64,000 nt of DNA. Origin: Patescibacteria group bacterium (lineage in GTDB: Bacteria > Patescibacteriota > Patescibacteriia > Patescibacteriales > UBA12465). Below the pieces are notes generated by a model, which was not told the origin of the DNA, ran no database searches, and saw only the letters and a program-made list of their open reading frames with translations. Position 1 is the first letter of the stretch. The number at the start of each line of letters is the position of its first letter. The stretch is taken from positions 157,126 to 221,125 of the forward strand of contig JBAZTY010000002.1 in NCBI GenBank assembly GCA_041661685.1, in the 5' to 3' direction. Positions 26,251 through 39,042 of the stretch are shown here, piece after piece. Position numbers and translations under genes: made by a program.

Positions 26251-27774
26251 ATGTCAACTACAAAGGATTTCATCGTCGAACAGCTGAAAGAGGAAATATC
26301 CGGCTTTAAGGCCGAAGTGAGCGAAAAATCAGTCGGAAAAGTATTGAAAGTCTCCGACGGCATTGCGCTCGTTTCCGGATTGGCCGAAGCGATGATGAGC
26401 GAAATCTTGATCTTTAAGACTGAAACCGCCGAAGTTACGGGCGTGGCTTTGAATTTGGAAGAGAGCCAAGTCGGCGCTATCATTCTCGGCGACTATACTG
26501 CGATTAAAGAAGGCGATGAAGTTATCGCCACTAAGCGCATTCTTGAAGTTCCGGTCGGTGAGAACATGATTGGCCGCGTCGTTAATCCGCTCGGCGAACC
26601 TATGGACGGAAAGGGCAAGATCGAGACCACTAAATTCTATCCGATTGAAAAAATCGCTCCGGGCGTAATCACTCGCGCTTCCGTTAAAGAACCGGTTCAG
26701 ACCGGTATTAAGGCTATCGATGCCATGATTCCGATCGGCCGCGGCCAGAGAGAACTTATTATCGGCGATCGCCAATTAGGCAAGACCGCTTTAGCGATCG
26801 ATACTATTATCAATCAAAAAGGCCAGAACATGAAGTGCGTCTACGTTGCTATCGGCCAGAAAGAATCCAAGATTGCTAACATCGTCACTAAATTGACTGA
26901 AGCCGGCGCTATGGACTATACGACTATCGTTTTAGCCGGTGCTTCCACTTCCGCCTCTTTAATATATATCGCGCCTTATGCCGGCTGCGCTATGGCTGAA
27001 TATTTCTTAGATAAGGGTGAAGATGTCTTAATCATCTATGATGATCTATCTAAACACGCTGTTTCTTATCGTGAAATTTCTCTTTTACTAAGAAGACCTC
27101 CGGGACGCGAAGCTTATCCGGGCGATGTCTTTTATTTGCACTCCCGTTTATTGGAACGCGCTTGTAAATTGAACAAAGATTTCGGCGGCGGTTCGATCAC
27201 GGCTCTCCCTATTATTGAAACCCAGGCCGGAGATTTATCCGCTTATATTCCGACTAACGTCATCTCTATTACCGATGGTCAGATCTTCTTGGAACCGGAT
27301 TTGTTCTATAAAGGCAATCGTCCGGCCGTCAATGCCGGTTTGTCTGTCTCTCGCGTCGGTTCTTCTGCTCAGATCAAGGCGATGAAGAAAGTCGCCGGCA
27401 AGATGCGTCTCGAGGCGGCTCAATATCGCGAACTCGCGGCTTTCACCCAATTCGGTTCTGATTTGGATGCCGATACTATGAAGAAATTAGAGAGAGGCAA
27501 GAGATTATATGAGATCTTCAAACAAGACCAGTATCAGCCTTTATCCGTCGCCAAACAGGTGGCCGCGTATTACGCGCTCATCAACGGCTTCATGGATAAT
27601 GTTCCGGTTGAGAAGATCAGAGAATTCGAAGCCGGCTTATATAAGTATGCAGATTTAAATGACGCTGTCTTGAAAGCGATCGAGACTAAGAAGGAACTCG
27701 ACATCGAAGTTGAAGCGTTACTGAAGAAATTGATCGATGATTATAAGGCGACCGTAGATTATTTAATCAAGTAA
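26251..27774 (+). CDS. atpA: F0F1 ATP synthase subunit alpha
   Basis: Walker A GDRQLGKT; full length and conserved throughout. Confidence 0.97.
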   Translation: MSTTKDFIVEQLKEEISGFKAEVSEKSVGKVLKVSDGIALVSGLAEAMMSEILIFKTETAEVTGVALNLEESQVGAIILGDYTAIKEGDEVIATKRILEVPVGENMIGRVVNPLGEPMDGKGKIETTKFYPIEKIAPGVITRASVKEPVQTGIKAIDAMIPIGRGQRELIIGDRQLGKTALAIDTIINQKGQNMKCVYVAIGQKESKIANIVTKLTEAGAMDYTTIVLAGASTSASLIYIAPYAGCAMAEYFLDKGEDVLIIYDDLSKHAVSYREISLLLRRPPGREAYPGDVFYLHSRLLERACKLNKDFGGGSITALPIIETQAGDLSAYIPTNVISITDGQIFLEPDLFYKGNRPAVNAGLSVSRVGSSAQIKAMKKVAGKMRLEAAQYRELAAFTQFGSDLDADTMKKLERGKRLYEIFKQDQYQPLSVAKQVAAYYALINGFMDNVPVEKIREFEAGLYKYADLNDAVLKAIETKKELDIEVEALLKKLIDDYKATVDYLIK

Positions 27775-27778
27775 AAAA

Positions 27779-30114
<2,336 letters not shown>

Positions 30115-30117
30115 TCT

Positions 30118-30561
30118 ATGTCTAACAAGACTATAAAATTTGAAATCGTGACGCCGGAACGCGTGGTCCTCTCGCAGGATATCCTGCAGATTAGTGTGCC
30201 GACGACTAGCGGCGAGATCACCGTCCTGCCCGATCATATTCCGTTGGTTTCAGTTTTGAAGCCGGGCGTTATCGAGATCAAGCTGGCGGACAATACTTCA
30301 GAAATCATGTCGACTTCCGGCGGATTCATCGAAGTCATGAAAGATAAAGTTGTCATTCTGGCTGATACCGCCGAAAGAGCGGCCGAGCTCGATGAAGAGC
30401 GTATCAAGGCCGCCCAAGAGCGGGCCGAGAAGCTTAAAGACGAAGCGAGGAACGTCGATGACGTTCAGTTCACCGCCGTCGCCGCTAAGCTCGAAAAAGA
30501 ATTGGCTCGTCTGCGTGCGGTTAGCCGTTGGAGAAAATTAAAAGGAATAGATAATAAATAA
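30118..30561 (+). CDS. atpC: F0F1 ATP synthase subunit epsilon
   Basis: Beta-sandwich N-terminus (FEIVTPERVV) plus a helical C-terminus, in the expected operon position. Confidence 0.9.
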   Translation: MSNKTIKFEIVTPERVVLSQDILQISVPTTSGEITVLPDHIPLVSVLKPGVIEIKLADNTSEIMSTSGGFIEVMKDKVVILADTAERAAELDEERIKAAQERAEKLKDEARNVDDVQFTAVAAKLEKELARLRAVSRWRKLKGIDNK

Positions 30562-30585
30562 TATATAGATTTTAGTACATTATAA

Positions 30586-31404
30586 ATGAACCATATGTCT
30601 AACTCAATCGAAAACATGCACATGGAAAAAGGACACGAGAATAATCTTGTCGATCAGGGCTGGGAAAAAGCTCGCCAGAATGAGCTGATCAAGCGCCTAG
30701 ATTCAGGTGAGAATATCCAGGAAATTATAGAATCTTTCCCGGAATTCAAGGAAGCTTTCAAGGCGCTAGACACTATCGACTGTTCCGACGGGCGCGTTCT
30801 TCAAGGCCGCAAGATCGGTATTGCTGATAGCGGTCTCTTGTTGCCGGAAGCGGAAAGAGCGGCGTTCGTCTCTCACTTCAAAGGCAAAATCGAGACTATT
30901 ACGACTCATTCTGATTGCGGTGCTGCTGCTTTAAAATTTAATTCCTTGAAACCGGAAGAGATCCCAGAAGGCGTGAAAACCGCTGATGAGTATGGAACTT
31001 ATTGCGGTAAGAAGATGGCCGAAGATTTAGGAGCGAAACACGAATATCTGGATCGCGACGAGATGGCTAGCGAATATCACAATGAGACCGCGATCGTCAT
31101 TGATCAGACCGGAGAATTCGACTCCACTAATCTAGAGGGTTTCCCCGCTCATTTCGTCTGTACTGGCGCCGGCTTAGGCTTCAGTCCGGAATATATGAAA
31201 TCAGAGGTGAAGACTCTGGCTGGAATCGCCTTAGGGCATCATGGCTTCGGTGATCGTTTTGACTCGGCTAATCCGTTGCGCGTCATTGTCGCGGCCAAAG
31301 ACCAAGAACAGCTTAATCGCTGGATCGAGATTGGCAAAGAGGCTGCCAAAGATTTTGGTACTCGCGTCAAAGTCGATGGCTTCATCGCCCCCGAGAAGGA
31401 ATAA
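30586..31404 (+). CDS. hypothetical protein with beta-carbonic-anhydrase-like Zn-site motifs
   Basis: CSDGR (aa 66-70, nt 30781-30795) and HSDCG (aa 108-112, nt 30907-30921) mimic the beta-CA CxDxR and HxxCG motifs. It starts 24 nt after atpC and lies before the operon terminator. Confidence 0.35.
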   Translation: MNHMSNSIENMHMEKGHENNLVDQGWEKARQNELIKRLDSGENIQEIIESFPEFKEAFKALDTIDCSDGRVLQGRKIGIADSGLLLPEAERAAFVSHFKGKIETITTHSDCGAAALKFNSLKPEEIPEGVKTADEYGTYCGKKMAEDLGAKHEYLDRDEMASEYHNETAIVIDQTGEFDSTNLEGFPAHFVCTGAGLGFSPEYMKSEVKTLAGIALGHHGFGDRFDSANPLRVIVAAKDQEQLNRWIEIGKEAAKDFGTRVKVDGFIAPEKE

Positions 31405-31422
31405 TCTAACCTATTGGAATTT

Positions 31423-31451
31423 AAAAAGACCGTCTAAAACGGTCTTTTTTA
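31423..31451 (+). terminator. intrinsic terminator of the atp transcription unit
   Basis: agaccg-tctaaaa-cggtct followed by tttttt. Confidence 0.7.
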
Positions 31452-31507
31452 TTGTTATGAAGTAGGGTATAATTTAAGCAAGAAGACTAATTTAATCGTT
31501 AAGAGCT

Positions 31508-32089
31508 ATGCGCGTCAATAAATTTTATAAACTCCTGATTTCCGCCTACTGCCTTTCCAGCTTCAGCGAGGGTATAATCCTGCCGATTTACGCGATTTTT
31601 GTACAGAAAGTCGGCGGCGATATCTTAGAGGCCTCTGGCGCCATGGCTCTATTTTTATTGGTAGAAGGAATATTCACCATGCTGGTTCATCGTTTTCACT
31701 GGAGCAAGAAGCATCGGCGCCTCATGCTCATCGGCGGCTGGATTATCTGGGTCTTGGGCATTTTCCTCTATTTTTTCATTTCTAATATCGTCACTTTATT
31801 GATTACTCAGGTGTTTACGGCCATAGGCAATGCAGTTGCGGATCCGGTCTTTGATGCGGAGCTAGCCGAAAACACTGATCGCGGTCATGAAGAATTCGAG
31901 TATGGCTTCTTCGAAGGGGCAAAGTCTATTCTAGATGGGGTTGCTGCGCTGCTCGGCGGCGTCATCGTTGCTATCTTTGGCTTCAAGGTACTGATAATCG
32001 TTATGGTTTCGACGGCGACCGTTTCTTTGGGCTTGATTATTATCTACGCTCACAAGAAGAAAACTCCTTGGCTGGCGAAGTTTATCTAA
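31508..32089 (+). CDS. 6-TM membrane protein (half-size MFS-like)
   Basis: 193 aa with six hydrophobic helices. It resembles one six-helix half of an MFS transporter, but the family is not confirmed. Confidence 0.4.
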   Translation: MRVNKFYKLLISAYCLSSFSEGIILPIYAIFVQKVGGDILEASGAMALFLLVEGIFTMLVHRFHWSKKHRRLMLIGGWIIWVLGIFLYFFISNIVTLLITQVFTAIGNAVADPVFDAELAENTDRGHEEFEYGFFEGAKSILDGVAALLGGVIVAIFGFKVLIIVMVSTATVSLGLIIIYAHKKKTPWLAKFI

Positions 32090-32103
32090 CAGTTGAAAAT
32101 CAA

Positions 32104-32132
32104 TAAAGAGCGGCTATAGGGTCGCTCTTTTT
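32104..32132. terminator. bidirectional terminator
   Basis: agagcg-N10-cgctct with a flanking A-run and T-run, between convergent genes. Confidence 0.55.
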
Positions 32133-32154
32133 GATTGCTAAAACATTTTGGAAA

Positions 32155-32976
32155 TTATTTCAAAAAAATCCAAACGAAAATCACTGCGCCTAAAATTATA
32201 CGATACCAGCCAAAAGGCGCGAAGTCATTCTTTTGGATGAACTTGATGAAGAACTTGACGCCGATGACGGCGGTGATGAGGGCCGCGACAAAGCCGATCG
32301 CCCAAACCATCAGATCTTGCCCGTTTAGGGCGCCGATTAAGCCGCGGCTTTCATACAGATCAAGCGCAGTTGCGGCCGCCATCGTCGGGATGGCTAAGAG
32401 AAATGAAAATTCGACGATATTTTTGCGGCTGATTCCGAGGCTCAAGCCGCCGAGTATGGTGGCGGCTGAGCGGGATACTCCGGGAATCATTGCCAAGGAT
32501 TGGCAGGCGCCGATGCTAATTGCTTGCTTATAAGACATATTGCCGAGCTCGTCGGCTTGAGGATCAGAATTAGCTATTGAGTTGCTATGGTCGCCAGATA
32601 CTCGTTTCGAATAATATTTTTCTAAGATGATAATAGCTAGGCCGCCGATCAGTAGAGCTCCCGCAATCAGGGTAAAATTTTCCATCAGATAATTCTTCAC
32701 TATCTTGTATAAGGCCAATCCTATGATCGAAGTCGTGATAAAGGCGGCGCCAATCTTAAAGATTAAGTTCCATGAGCTCCAGATCTTTTTCCAATATAGG
32801 ATGACGACCGCGAGGATTGCGCCCAGCTGGATAGAGATAGTGAAGGTTTTCAGGAATTCAGTGGACGGAATCTTCAGCCAGGCGCTCGCGATAATCATAT
32901 GCGCCGTAGAAGATATCGGCAGGAACTCAGTTAGGCCCTCGATTATGCCCAAGATTAGGCTGTGAAAAATAGTCAT
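32155..32976 (-). CDS. uppP: undecaprenyl-diphosphate phosphatase
   Basis: GIIEGLTEFLPISSTAH, PGVSRSAAT and a multi-TM topology. Confidence 0.92.
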   Translation of the reverse strand: MTIFHSLILGIIEGLTEFLPISSTAHMIIASAWLKIPSTEFLKTFTISIQLGAILAVVILYWKKIWSSWNLIFKIGAAFITTSIIGLALYKIVKNYLMENFTLIAGALLIGGLAIIILEKYYSKRVSGDHSNSIANSDPQADELGNMSYKQAISIGACQSLAMIPGVSRSAATILGGLSLGISRKNIVEFSFLLAIPTMAAATALDLYESRGLIGALNGQDLMVWAIGFVAALITAVIGVKFFIKFIQKNDFAPFGWYRIILGAVIFVWIFLK

Positions 32977-33119
32977 AATTTTATGGTTATGCTCTTATTT
33001 TACTATAAAAATCAGGTTGTTGATAGATTGACATCAAGAGCTTAACTTATCATGCGTCTGAGTTTTATTTTAGCCCGCTCTTTGCTATAATATAAGCATC
33101 AAATTAGCTTTATATTTAT

Positions 33120-33638
33120 ATGTCAAAATCTGCAAAAAAATCTAAAAAAGTCTTAAAAAAACCAGTAGTCGTAGCCGTTTCGGGGTTTTTTAATCCGCTT
33201 CATGTTGGTCATTTAGAAATGATTAGAAAGGCGAAGAAACTAGGCGACAAGCTGGTTGTCATCGTTAATAATGATAAGCAGGTAGCTCTAAAGAATAGGG
33301 TGCCTTTCATGTCTGAGAAAGACAGGGTAGAAATTATCAAGGCTTTACGTGATGTCGATAAGGTCGTCTTGGCGATCGATGACTATAGGTTGGATAATGG
33401 TGAAGTGCCGGTCATAAAATCTTTGGCCAAAGTTCGGCCGAATATTTTTGCTAATGGCGGCGATCGTCATAATATTATTAACGTTCCCGAATATGATGTC
33501 TGCCGCAAGTATAACATTAAGATGGTTGATGGCCTCGGTAAGAAGATTCGCGCCAGTTCCCAAATGATAGCTAACGCCGCCGCGCTTAAAGCTCAGAAGG
33601 CCGCAGAAATGAAAACCGTTGGAGCGGCTAAGAAATGA
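33120..33638 (+). CDS. cytidylyltransferase-family nucleotidyltransferase (HxGH)
   Basis: SGFFNPLHVGHLEMIRKAK matches the HxGH motif of RfaE domain II / TagD-like enzymes. The substrate cannot be inferred. Confidence 0.65.
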   Translation: MSKSAKKSKKVLKKPVVVAVSGFFNPLHVGHLEMIRKAKKLGDKLVVIVNNDKQVALKNRVPFMSEKDRVEIIKALRDVDKVVLAIDDYRLDNGEVPVIKSLAKVRPNIFANGGDRHNIINVPEYDVCRKYNIKMVDGLGKKIRASSQMIANAAALKAQKAAEMKTVGAAKK

Positions 33639-34594
33639 CCGTGCTTATGAGAAAATTGATAAAATATTTTTCCATCGCCATCGCGGTTTCGCTGGTAACT
33701 GTCTTGGTTATTGGTCTGTTCTATATCCGTTCTGTCTATAAATCACTGGTGACCGATAATGAGAAGAATTTTTCGCCGTTTGTCATTAGTATTATTGATA
33801 AGCTGACGCGCCACGAACCGGCTCCGGTTATTACGCCGCCGGCCGAAGAGACTATTCAGATATTGGAAGGTTGGACTGATAGTGATATTGCTAGATATCT
33901 CGAGAGCGAAGGTAAGTGGCCGAGCGCTAAATTTTTGGAAGTTGCCGGTCTACCGCGCGTCGATTATCGCTATAACAAGAAAGCTCCGGCCTTGAAAGAT
34001 TGGTCTGAGGAATTCTCGTTCTTGGCGGATAAGCCGAAATATTACGGCTTAGAAGGTTATCTGTTCCCGGACACTTACCGCATTTATGCCAGCTCGACAG
34101 TAGCGGAGGTAATTGAGAAGATGCTGGGTAATTTTGATGATAAGTTGACGGCCAAGATGCGCGCCGATATCAAGAAGCAAGGGAAGAGTATTTATGAGAT
34201 TGTCACCATGGCTTCTATTATTGAGAAAGAAGCGCCAATAAATTATCAGAAGGAGGATAACCGCGACGCGCGCATTATTTCGGGCATATTCTGGAATCGC
34301 TTGGAAATTGGAATAGCATTAGGTTCGGATGCAACTCTGACTTATATCTTTGGCGATAACGACCCTTCCCATAGTATCAAGGATACTAAAGTCGATTCGC
34401 CATACAATACTTACAAATATCGCGGCTTGCCGCCCGGACCGATATGTAATCCTGGAATTATAGCCATTGAGGCGGCGATTTATCCGATTGCGACTGACTA
34501 TCTTTATTTTTTGACGCCATTAGGAAAGAATGAAGTTATTTATGCTCATACCAATGAGGAGCATTCAGCGAATAAATATCAATATTTGAAATAA
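33635..34594 (+). CDS. mltG: endolytic transglycosylase MltG (YceG-like)
   Basis: N-terminal TM helix, EGYLFPDTY, SIIEKEA and YRGLPPGPICNPG. ATGA overlap with the upstream gene. Confidence 0.88.
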   Translation: MTVLMRKLIKYFSIAIAVSLVTVLVIGLFYIRSVYKSLVTDNEKNFSPFVISIIDKLTRHEPAPVITPPAEETIQILEGWTDSDIARYLESEGKWPSAKFLEVAGLPRVDYRYNKKAPALKDWSEEFSFLADKPKYYGLEGYLFPDTYRIYASSTVAEVIEKMLGNFDDKLTAKMRADIKKQGKSIYEIVTMASIIEKEAPINYQKEDNRDARIISGIFWNRLEIGIALGSDATLTYIFGDNDPSHSIKDTKVDSPYNTYKYRGLPPGPICNPGIIAIEAAIYPIATDYLYFLTPLGKNEVIYAHTNEEHSANKYQYLK

Positions 34595-34598
34595 ATTT

Positions 34599-36971
34599 AT
34601 GTTTTCCGATCAATCTACTATTCTTTCGTCGGAGCTAGAGCCGTCGGCCGGGTCCTCGCTGCCCGAATCTGCGCCTTCTTCGCCGAACAGGAAGATTATC
34701 TTCATGATCGCTTTAGCGTTAGCAACTATCCTCTTGATGGTCGGCATATTTTTCGTGGTCAAGAAATTCGTTTCCCCCAAGACTGAGGAGCCCATGGCGG
34801 AAACGGAAATCATTGCAACAACAACTGAAATAGTGCCGGCCGTTTTGCCCGATCTAAATGCCCCGGAAACAGCCACGACGACAGTCGCAACCTCATCTTT
34901 TTCTAATTTGGCGATTGAGTATCTTTCATTCGCTGATTTCTATAAGACTCCGGATAATTCCGTTACGCTGAAGCTGAGTGATTATAAATTACCGCTCAAT
35001 ATCAAGATCGACGTGATGAATTATTATGACGTCTCCCGAAAATTAAGCCTTGATCCGGCGCTGGATAAGCTTAATAGCCAAGGATTCGCGGTCATTGATA
35101 ATCCTTCAACTAAAGACGTGCTGGATTTCTATTCCGCCTATTCTTTCCTGGACTCCAAGCAGCTGCCGCTGCTTATCACTTCCGACTACATGATTTATTA
35201 TTATCAGAACGTCCTCAAGAAAGCTTTTAAGGATGTGGAAGAGAATGTCTTCTATGATAATCTCTGGGATATAAATAAAGAATTATATACCGCCGCTAAA
35301 GAGCGCTATGAAGCGCGTTTAGCCGCTATCGGCAATATTAATGATTCTATCCTCGAAGGCGAGCGCCTAGAAACGGCTTTTTTCGCCGCGGCCTTAGAGT
35401 TATTGAAGCCGACGGCCGAGCAGCTCAAGACCGGCCAGTCTAATCCCGTAACTGGATCATTCACTTCGTCTGATGCGGATCGTTTTTATTTCGTCACCCC
35501 GCCGTATCTCAAGGATGATGTCTTAGCCGAGGTCAAGCTTATCCGCGACGCCAAGCTCAAGGCTAAGTCCCCGGTTATGCTCTACAATCGCGATTATGTA
35601 GAATTTTCCGTACCTTTTGATTATAAGGCAAACGCTAAATTGAATAATTTTTATTTGACGACCGCCTGGCTCAATTCCGTCTTCCCGCTCAATTACCGCG
35701 GCAAGGATTGTGCGGCCTGCTTGTTGGACGCGGCCGATTGGCGCGTCAATATGATAGCGGCCAGCTTTATCTCCAAAGACTTTTCCGAGCTTCCGGGATT
35801 AAAGAATAAATGGGCGCGGATCTATAAGGTCATGTCTTTCTTTAAAGGACTGCGTGAAGATTTGAATTATGTCCATTATCGTGATTCTTTAGTTGCCGCC
35901 TTTGGCGCTGACTATAAGATCGAAGAGCTTTTCGCCGACTCCAATAAGAGCGCGGTGGCCAATCTAGAGAAGCTGCGCGCCAAAGCCTTAGCTTATGATT
36001 TCGCGGAGATAAACGGCGCTCTGAATAAGAAAGATGTGAGCCTGAAGCCGCGCCTCGGCCTCAAACCGCTCGCTGAATCGTATTGGCCGAATAATTATAT
36101 TTTCTCCCGTCTGACTTCGCCGGCGGTCGGCACTTTTAATGCGACGACTACGGCCAGCAATGATATCACGACTTGCCTGGATAATAAGATCTACAAACGC
36201 TGTAACGGCTTTGCTTTAGATGTCGTTAATCTGACTTACCCCATCGGCAATAATAATTATTTTAATATCAATACTAATTTTTCCGGTTATGGCCAGGCCG
36301 CCAGCGGTTTGCAATCAGAATTAGTGAAGAATAATGTCTGGCATACTAATAATTACTGGGCGAATTTAAGTTCAATCAAAGCGCTGCTCACGATAAATAA
36401 GGAAAATCTGCCTCTTTTTGCCCGTTCTTCGGCTTGGCAGGATAAGTCTCTCCGAACCGCGGCCGGCGCCTGGATAAATCTGCAGCTGCCCATGGACAAG
36501 TTTTCTACCGGCGGGAGCGTGAAGAGTTCGGGGCTCAATAACGCGGCGAGCTGGAACGAGAACTCTTATGTCGAACCGAATCTTGATCTCATCAATGAGC
36601 TTTTGGCCGACACCGCGATGGTCATCCAGATGTTTTCCGCTTTGCAGTTAGATACGGAAGTGCGCGTTGCTCTTCAGGATATTAAGAATTTTTCCGGCAG
36701 CCTGGAAGAGATGAAAGTGATCGTCTTAAAAGAATTAACTAGCGGCGAACTGAATGCTGCTGATAATGAAGCTATCGCCGACTTTGCGAAGCAGTTTAAA
36801 ACAACCGCGGCTTCGGTCAAAGAGAAACAAATGTCACTCAAACTGCCGCAACAAAAAACCGCCTTAAAAGAAGATTTAAGCCGGTTAAAATTATTGCTCA
36901 TTGTCCATCAGGAAGGAGAGAATAAAGTATTCTCTGTCGGTCCGGTTTGGGACTATCAAGAAAGCCACTAA
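34599..36971 (+). CDS. large membrane-anchored extracytoplasmic protein (possibly DUF3160-like)
   Basis: 790 aa. Ser/Pro-rich N-terminus, a single TM (IIFMIALALATILLMVGIFFVV), a Thr-rich linker and a large globular region. The DUF3160 resemblance (LLITSDYMIYYYQNVL...) is from memory only. Confidence 0.45.
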   Translation: MFSDQSTILSSELEPSAGSSLPESAPSSPNRKIIFMIALALATILLMVGIFFVVKKFVSPKTEEPMAETEIIATTTEIVPAVLPDLNAPETATTTVATSSFSNLAIEYLSFADFYKTPDNSVTLKLSDYKLPLNIKIDVMNYYDVSRKLSLDPALDKLNSQGFAVIDNPSTKDVLDFYSAYSFLDSKQLPLLITSDYMIYYYQNVLKKAFKDVEENVFYDNLWDINKELYTAAKERYEARLAAIGNINDSILEGERLETAFFAAALELLKPTAEQLKTGQSNPVTGSFTSSDADRFYFVTPPYLKDDVLAEVKLIRDAKLKAKSPVMLYNRDYVEFSVPFDYKANAKLNNFYLTTAWLNSVFPLNYRGKDCAACLLDAADWRVNMIAASFISKDFSELPGLKNKWARIYKVMSFFKGLREDLNYVHYRDSLVAAFGADYKIEELFADSNKSAVANLEKLRAKALAYDFAEINGALNKKDVSLKPRLGLKPLAESYWPNNYIFSRLTSPAVGTFNATTTASNDITTCLDNKIYKRCNGFALDVVNLTYPIGNNNYFNINTNFSGYGQAASGLQSELVKNNVWHTNNYWANLSSIKALLTINKENLPLFARSSAWQDKSLRTAAGAWINLQLPMDKFSTGGSVKSSGLNNAASWNENSYVEPNLDLINELLADTAMVIQMFSALQLDTEVRVALQDIKNFSGSLEEMKVIVLKELTSGELNAADNEAIADFAKQFKTTAASVKEKQMSLKLPQQKTALKEDLSRLKLLLIVHQEGENKVFSVGPVWDYQESH

Positions 36972-36991
36972 TAGTAAGGGAGAGAAATCTC

Positions 36992-38959
36992 CTAGCGCTG
37001 GTATTTGAAGATATAGACTTCGTTATTTATCGTCCACCATTTATCAGCCGCTAGTTTCGCCTCATTGATGATGCGGCCGCTCTGATACCAATATTTATTT
37101 ATAACCAGATAACCCGTATTAACTCCGGCTAGATCTAAAGCATTCAGCATGCTTGATCGGCCGGGGTTTTTATATACCATATCTAGATAATACTGATAGA
37201 GGGGGCTGCCGGTCGGAATCGGATAGAAATAAAGTTCGCCAGCGCTAGTCTGATAGTAATGATTAAAACCGAAAGAGCGCAGGGCGGCGGCTGAGACCTG
37301 CTGGTTCGCTAAGGCGATATAAGGCGCGCGCGCTTCCATATTTATCGATTCGACGGCGGCGATGTCATTAGCGCTCGTGCTATAGCCGCGGCTATTGAAA
37401 TACTTGTCAAAGCGCGGGTAAGAGATATAGAGGCTAGTGCTAAGCACGCTGAGTCCGAAAGCCAGCCAGATCAAGCGGATAGCCAGTTTTTCTTCCAAGA
37501 CGCGGCTGATCAGGCCCTTCAGGGTTAGAGAGATAGCGGGCAGCAAGAATATCATGATCGCGACCGGAATGCGATTGGCAAAGCCCGACTGCTCATAATT
37601 AATGACATTATCGAAGGTTATCTGTCCGCTCAATAAATAAGCGAAGAGCAGGGCGGAAGAGATCAATATGAATTTGCGGTTCGCTGTCCGGGAATGTTCA
37701 GAGATGTTCTTTGAGCGATTGACCCGCCATAGAGCGGCGATGATTAACAGGATAATGATCAGGTGGAAATTATTGGCTATGAGGTAAATGAAGTTAGAAA
37801 CGATATCTTCGCGGCCGGCGCTGCTTGGTGTTCCGAAAAGATTAGTGATCGAAGCTAAGAATAATTTCCCGCGGCTGCTATTAGGGAAATTTGCTCCAGA
37901 GGAAATAAATAGAGCTAGGGGGATAGAAAGAGCGGCGAAGAGCCAGATGATCGCTTTGATTATTTTTTTTATGCTCATCTTTAGCCTATCGCCATATTGA
38001 TTGAGCGCGACTAGGGCGGAGAGCGCGATAGCCGGCAGTCCGGCTAGGGGGTGGATAGCGGCCGAAGCCAAAGATAATATTAAGACGCGGCCGAGATTAT
38101 CTTGGCTAGCCGCGGATAAGACGGCTAAGATCAAGAATAGATAGCTCAGATTCTGCGGCGTCGTGGCGATGGAGGGTGAGAAGCCCAAAACCAGCAAGAA
38201 TAGGATGGTTAAAAAAATAGCCGCTGTTGATTTGGAATATCGCTTCAAGAAGCTGAATAAAGCGGAAGGAAGGAATAGCGCGGCTAGCAGGGGAACGAGG
38301 AACCTATTCAAGATCTGGATTGTTAAACCGCTAATTTTAGAAAGAATGATAATGAGGCTGTATTCGCCTAGGTAATAGGGCGTTTTCGGCAGGATTAAGC
38401 CTTTAGCGACGATTATCTCCATGGTCGCTTGGTGAATGAAGGGGTCGAAGCCGTAGCCAATCTTGTAAACGATAGCGGCGGCGCTGAATGACAGGAAATA
38501 ATGAGCAGATATCAAAATTATCTTTAAACCGTCTTTAATCTTAGTTCTAGTTAATAAGATACTTAGAACTAGAGAGCTAAGCGCGTATATCCAGAAGAAG
38601 TCATGATTTATGACCTGCCAGGGAGAGATAAGGGCGCGGTCGCTTATAGCTGAATAGAAGCGGTAAAAAGCGGCAGCTAGCAGGATAAGATAGCCGAAGA
38701 TCAAAGCCAGATCAATCAATTTTTTTGATTTTTTTATGGCTTCATCTCCGTCTCTATTTTCACCCCTCTCTTTTAAAAATATATTTCTCGTCCAGAAGAA
38801 GCTGAAGAAGGTCATAACTAAAGTTAAGATAACTCCTAGAGTGTTCAAGGCGTAGAAATAATATATTATTGCTCCCCAGATAATGATCAGAGAACCTAAA
38901 AGCAAGATATAGTCAAGCCAAGTTGCGCTAATTTTAAGTGATTTTATGCTTTTTTCCAT
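36992..38959 (-). CDS. polytopic membrane protein, GT-C/O-antigen-polymerase-like, with C-terminal soluble domain
   Basis: About 14-16 TM helices followed by a ~150-aa soluble tail. The probable start is ATG 38959 (MEKSIKSL); the track start at 39040 would abut the divergent gene. Confidence 0.55.
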   Translation of the reverse strand: MEKSIKSLKISATWLDYILLLGSLIIIWGAIIYYFYALNTLGVILTLVMTFFSFFWTRNIFLKERGENRDGDEAIKKSKKLIDLALIFGYLILLAAAFYRFYSAISDRALISPWQVINHDFFWIYALSSLVLSILLTRTKIKDGLKIILISAHYFLSFSAAAIVYKIGYGFDPFIHQATMEIIVAKGLILPKTPYYLGEYSLIIILSKISGLTIQILNRFLVPLLAALFLPSALFSFLKRYSKSTAAIFLTILFLLVLGFSPSIATTPQNLSYLFLILAVLSAASQDNLGRVLILSLASAAIHPLAGLPAIALSALVALNQYGDRLKMSIKKIIKAIIWLFAALSIPLALFISSGANFPNSSRGKLFLASITNLFGTPSSAGREDIVSNFIYLIANNFHLIIILLIIAALWRVNRSKNISEHSRTANRKFILISSALLFAYLLSGQITFDNVINYEQSGFANRIPVAIMIFLLPAISLTLKGLISRVLEEKLAIRLIWLAFGLSVLSTSLYISYPRFDKYFNSRGYSTSANDIAAVESINMEARAPYIALANQQVSAAALRSFGFNHYYQTSAGELYFYPIPTGSPLYQYYLDMVYKNPGRSSMLNALDLAGVNTGYLVINKYWYQSGRIINEAKLAADKWWTINNEVYIFKYQR

Positions 38960-39042
38960 ATGCTTTAATAATAGCAAATTCTTGCTAAAATTGGCAATTT
39001 CGGATAACATTAAAAAAGAAATACTTTCTTGATCGCACAAAA

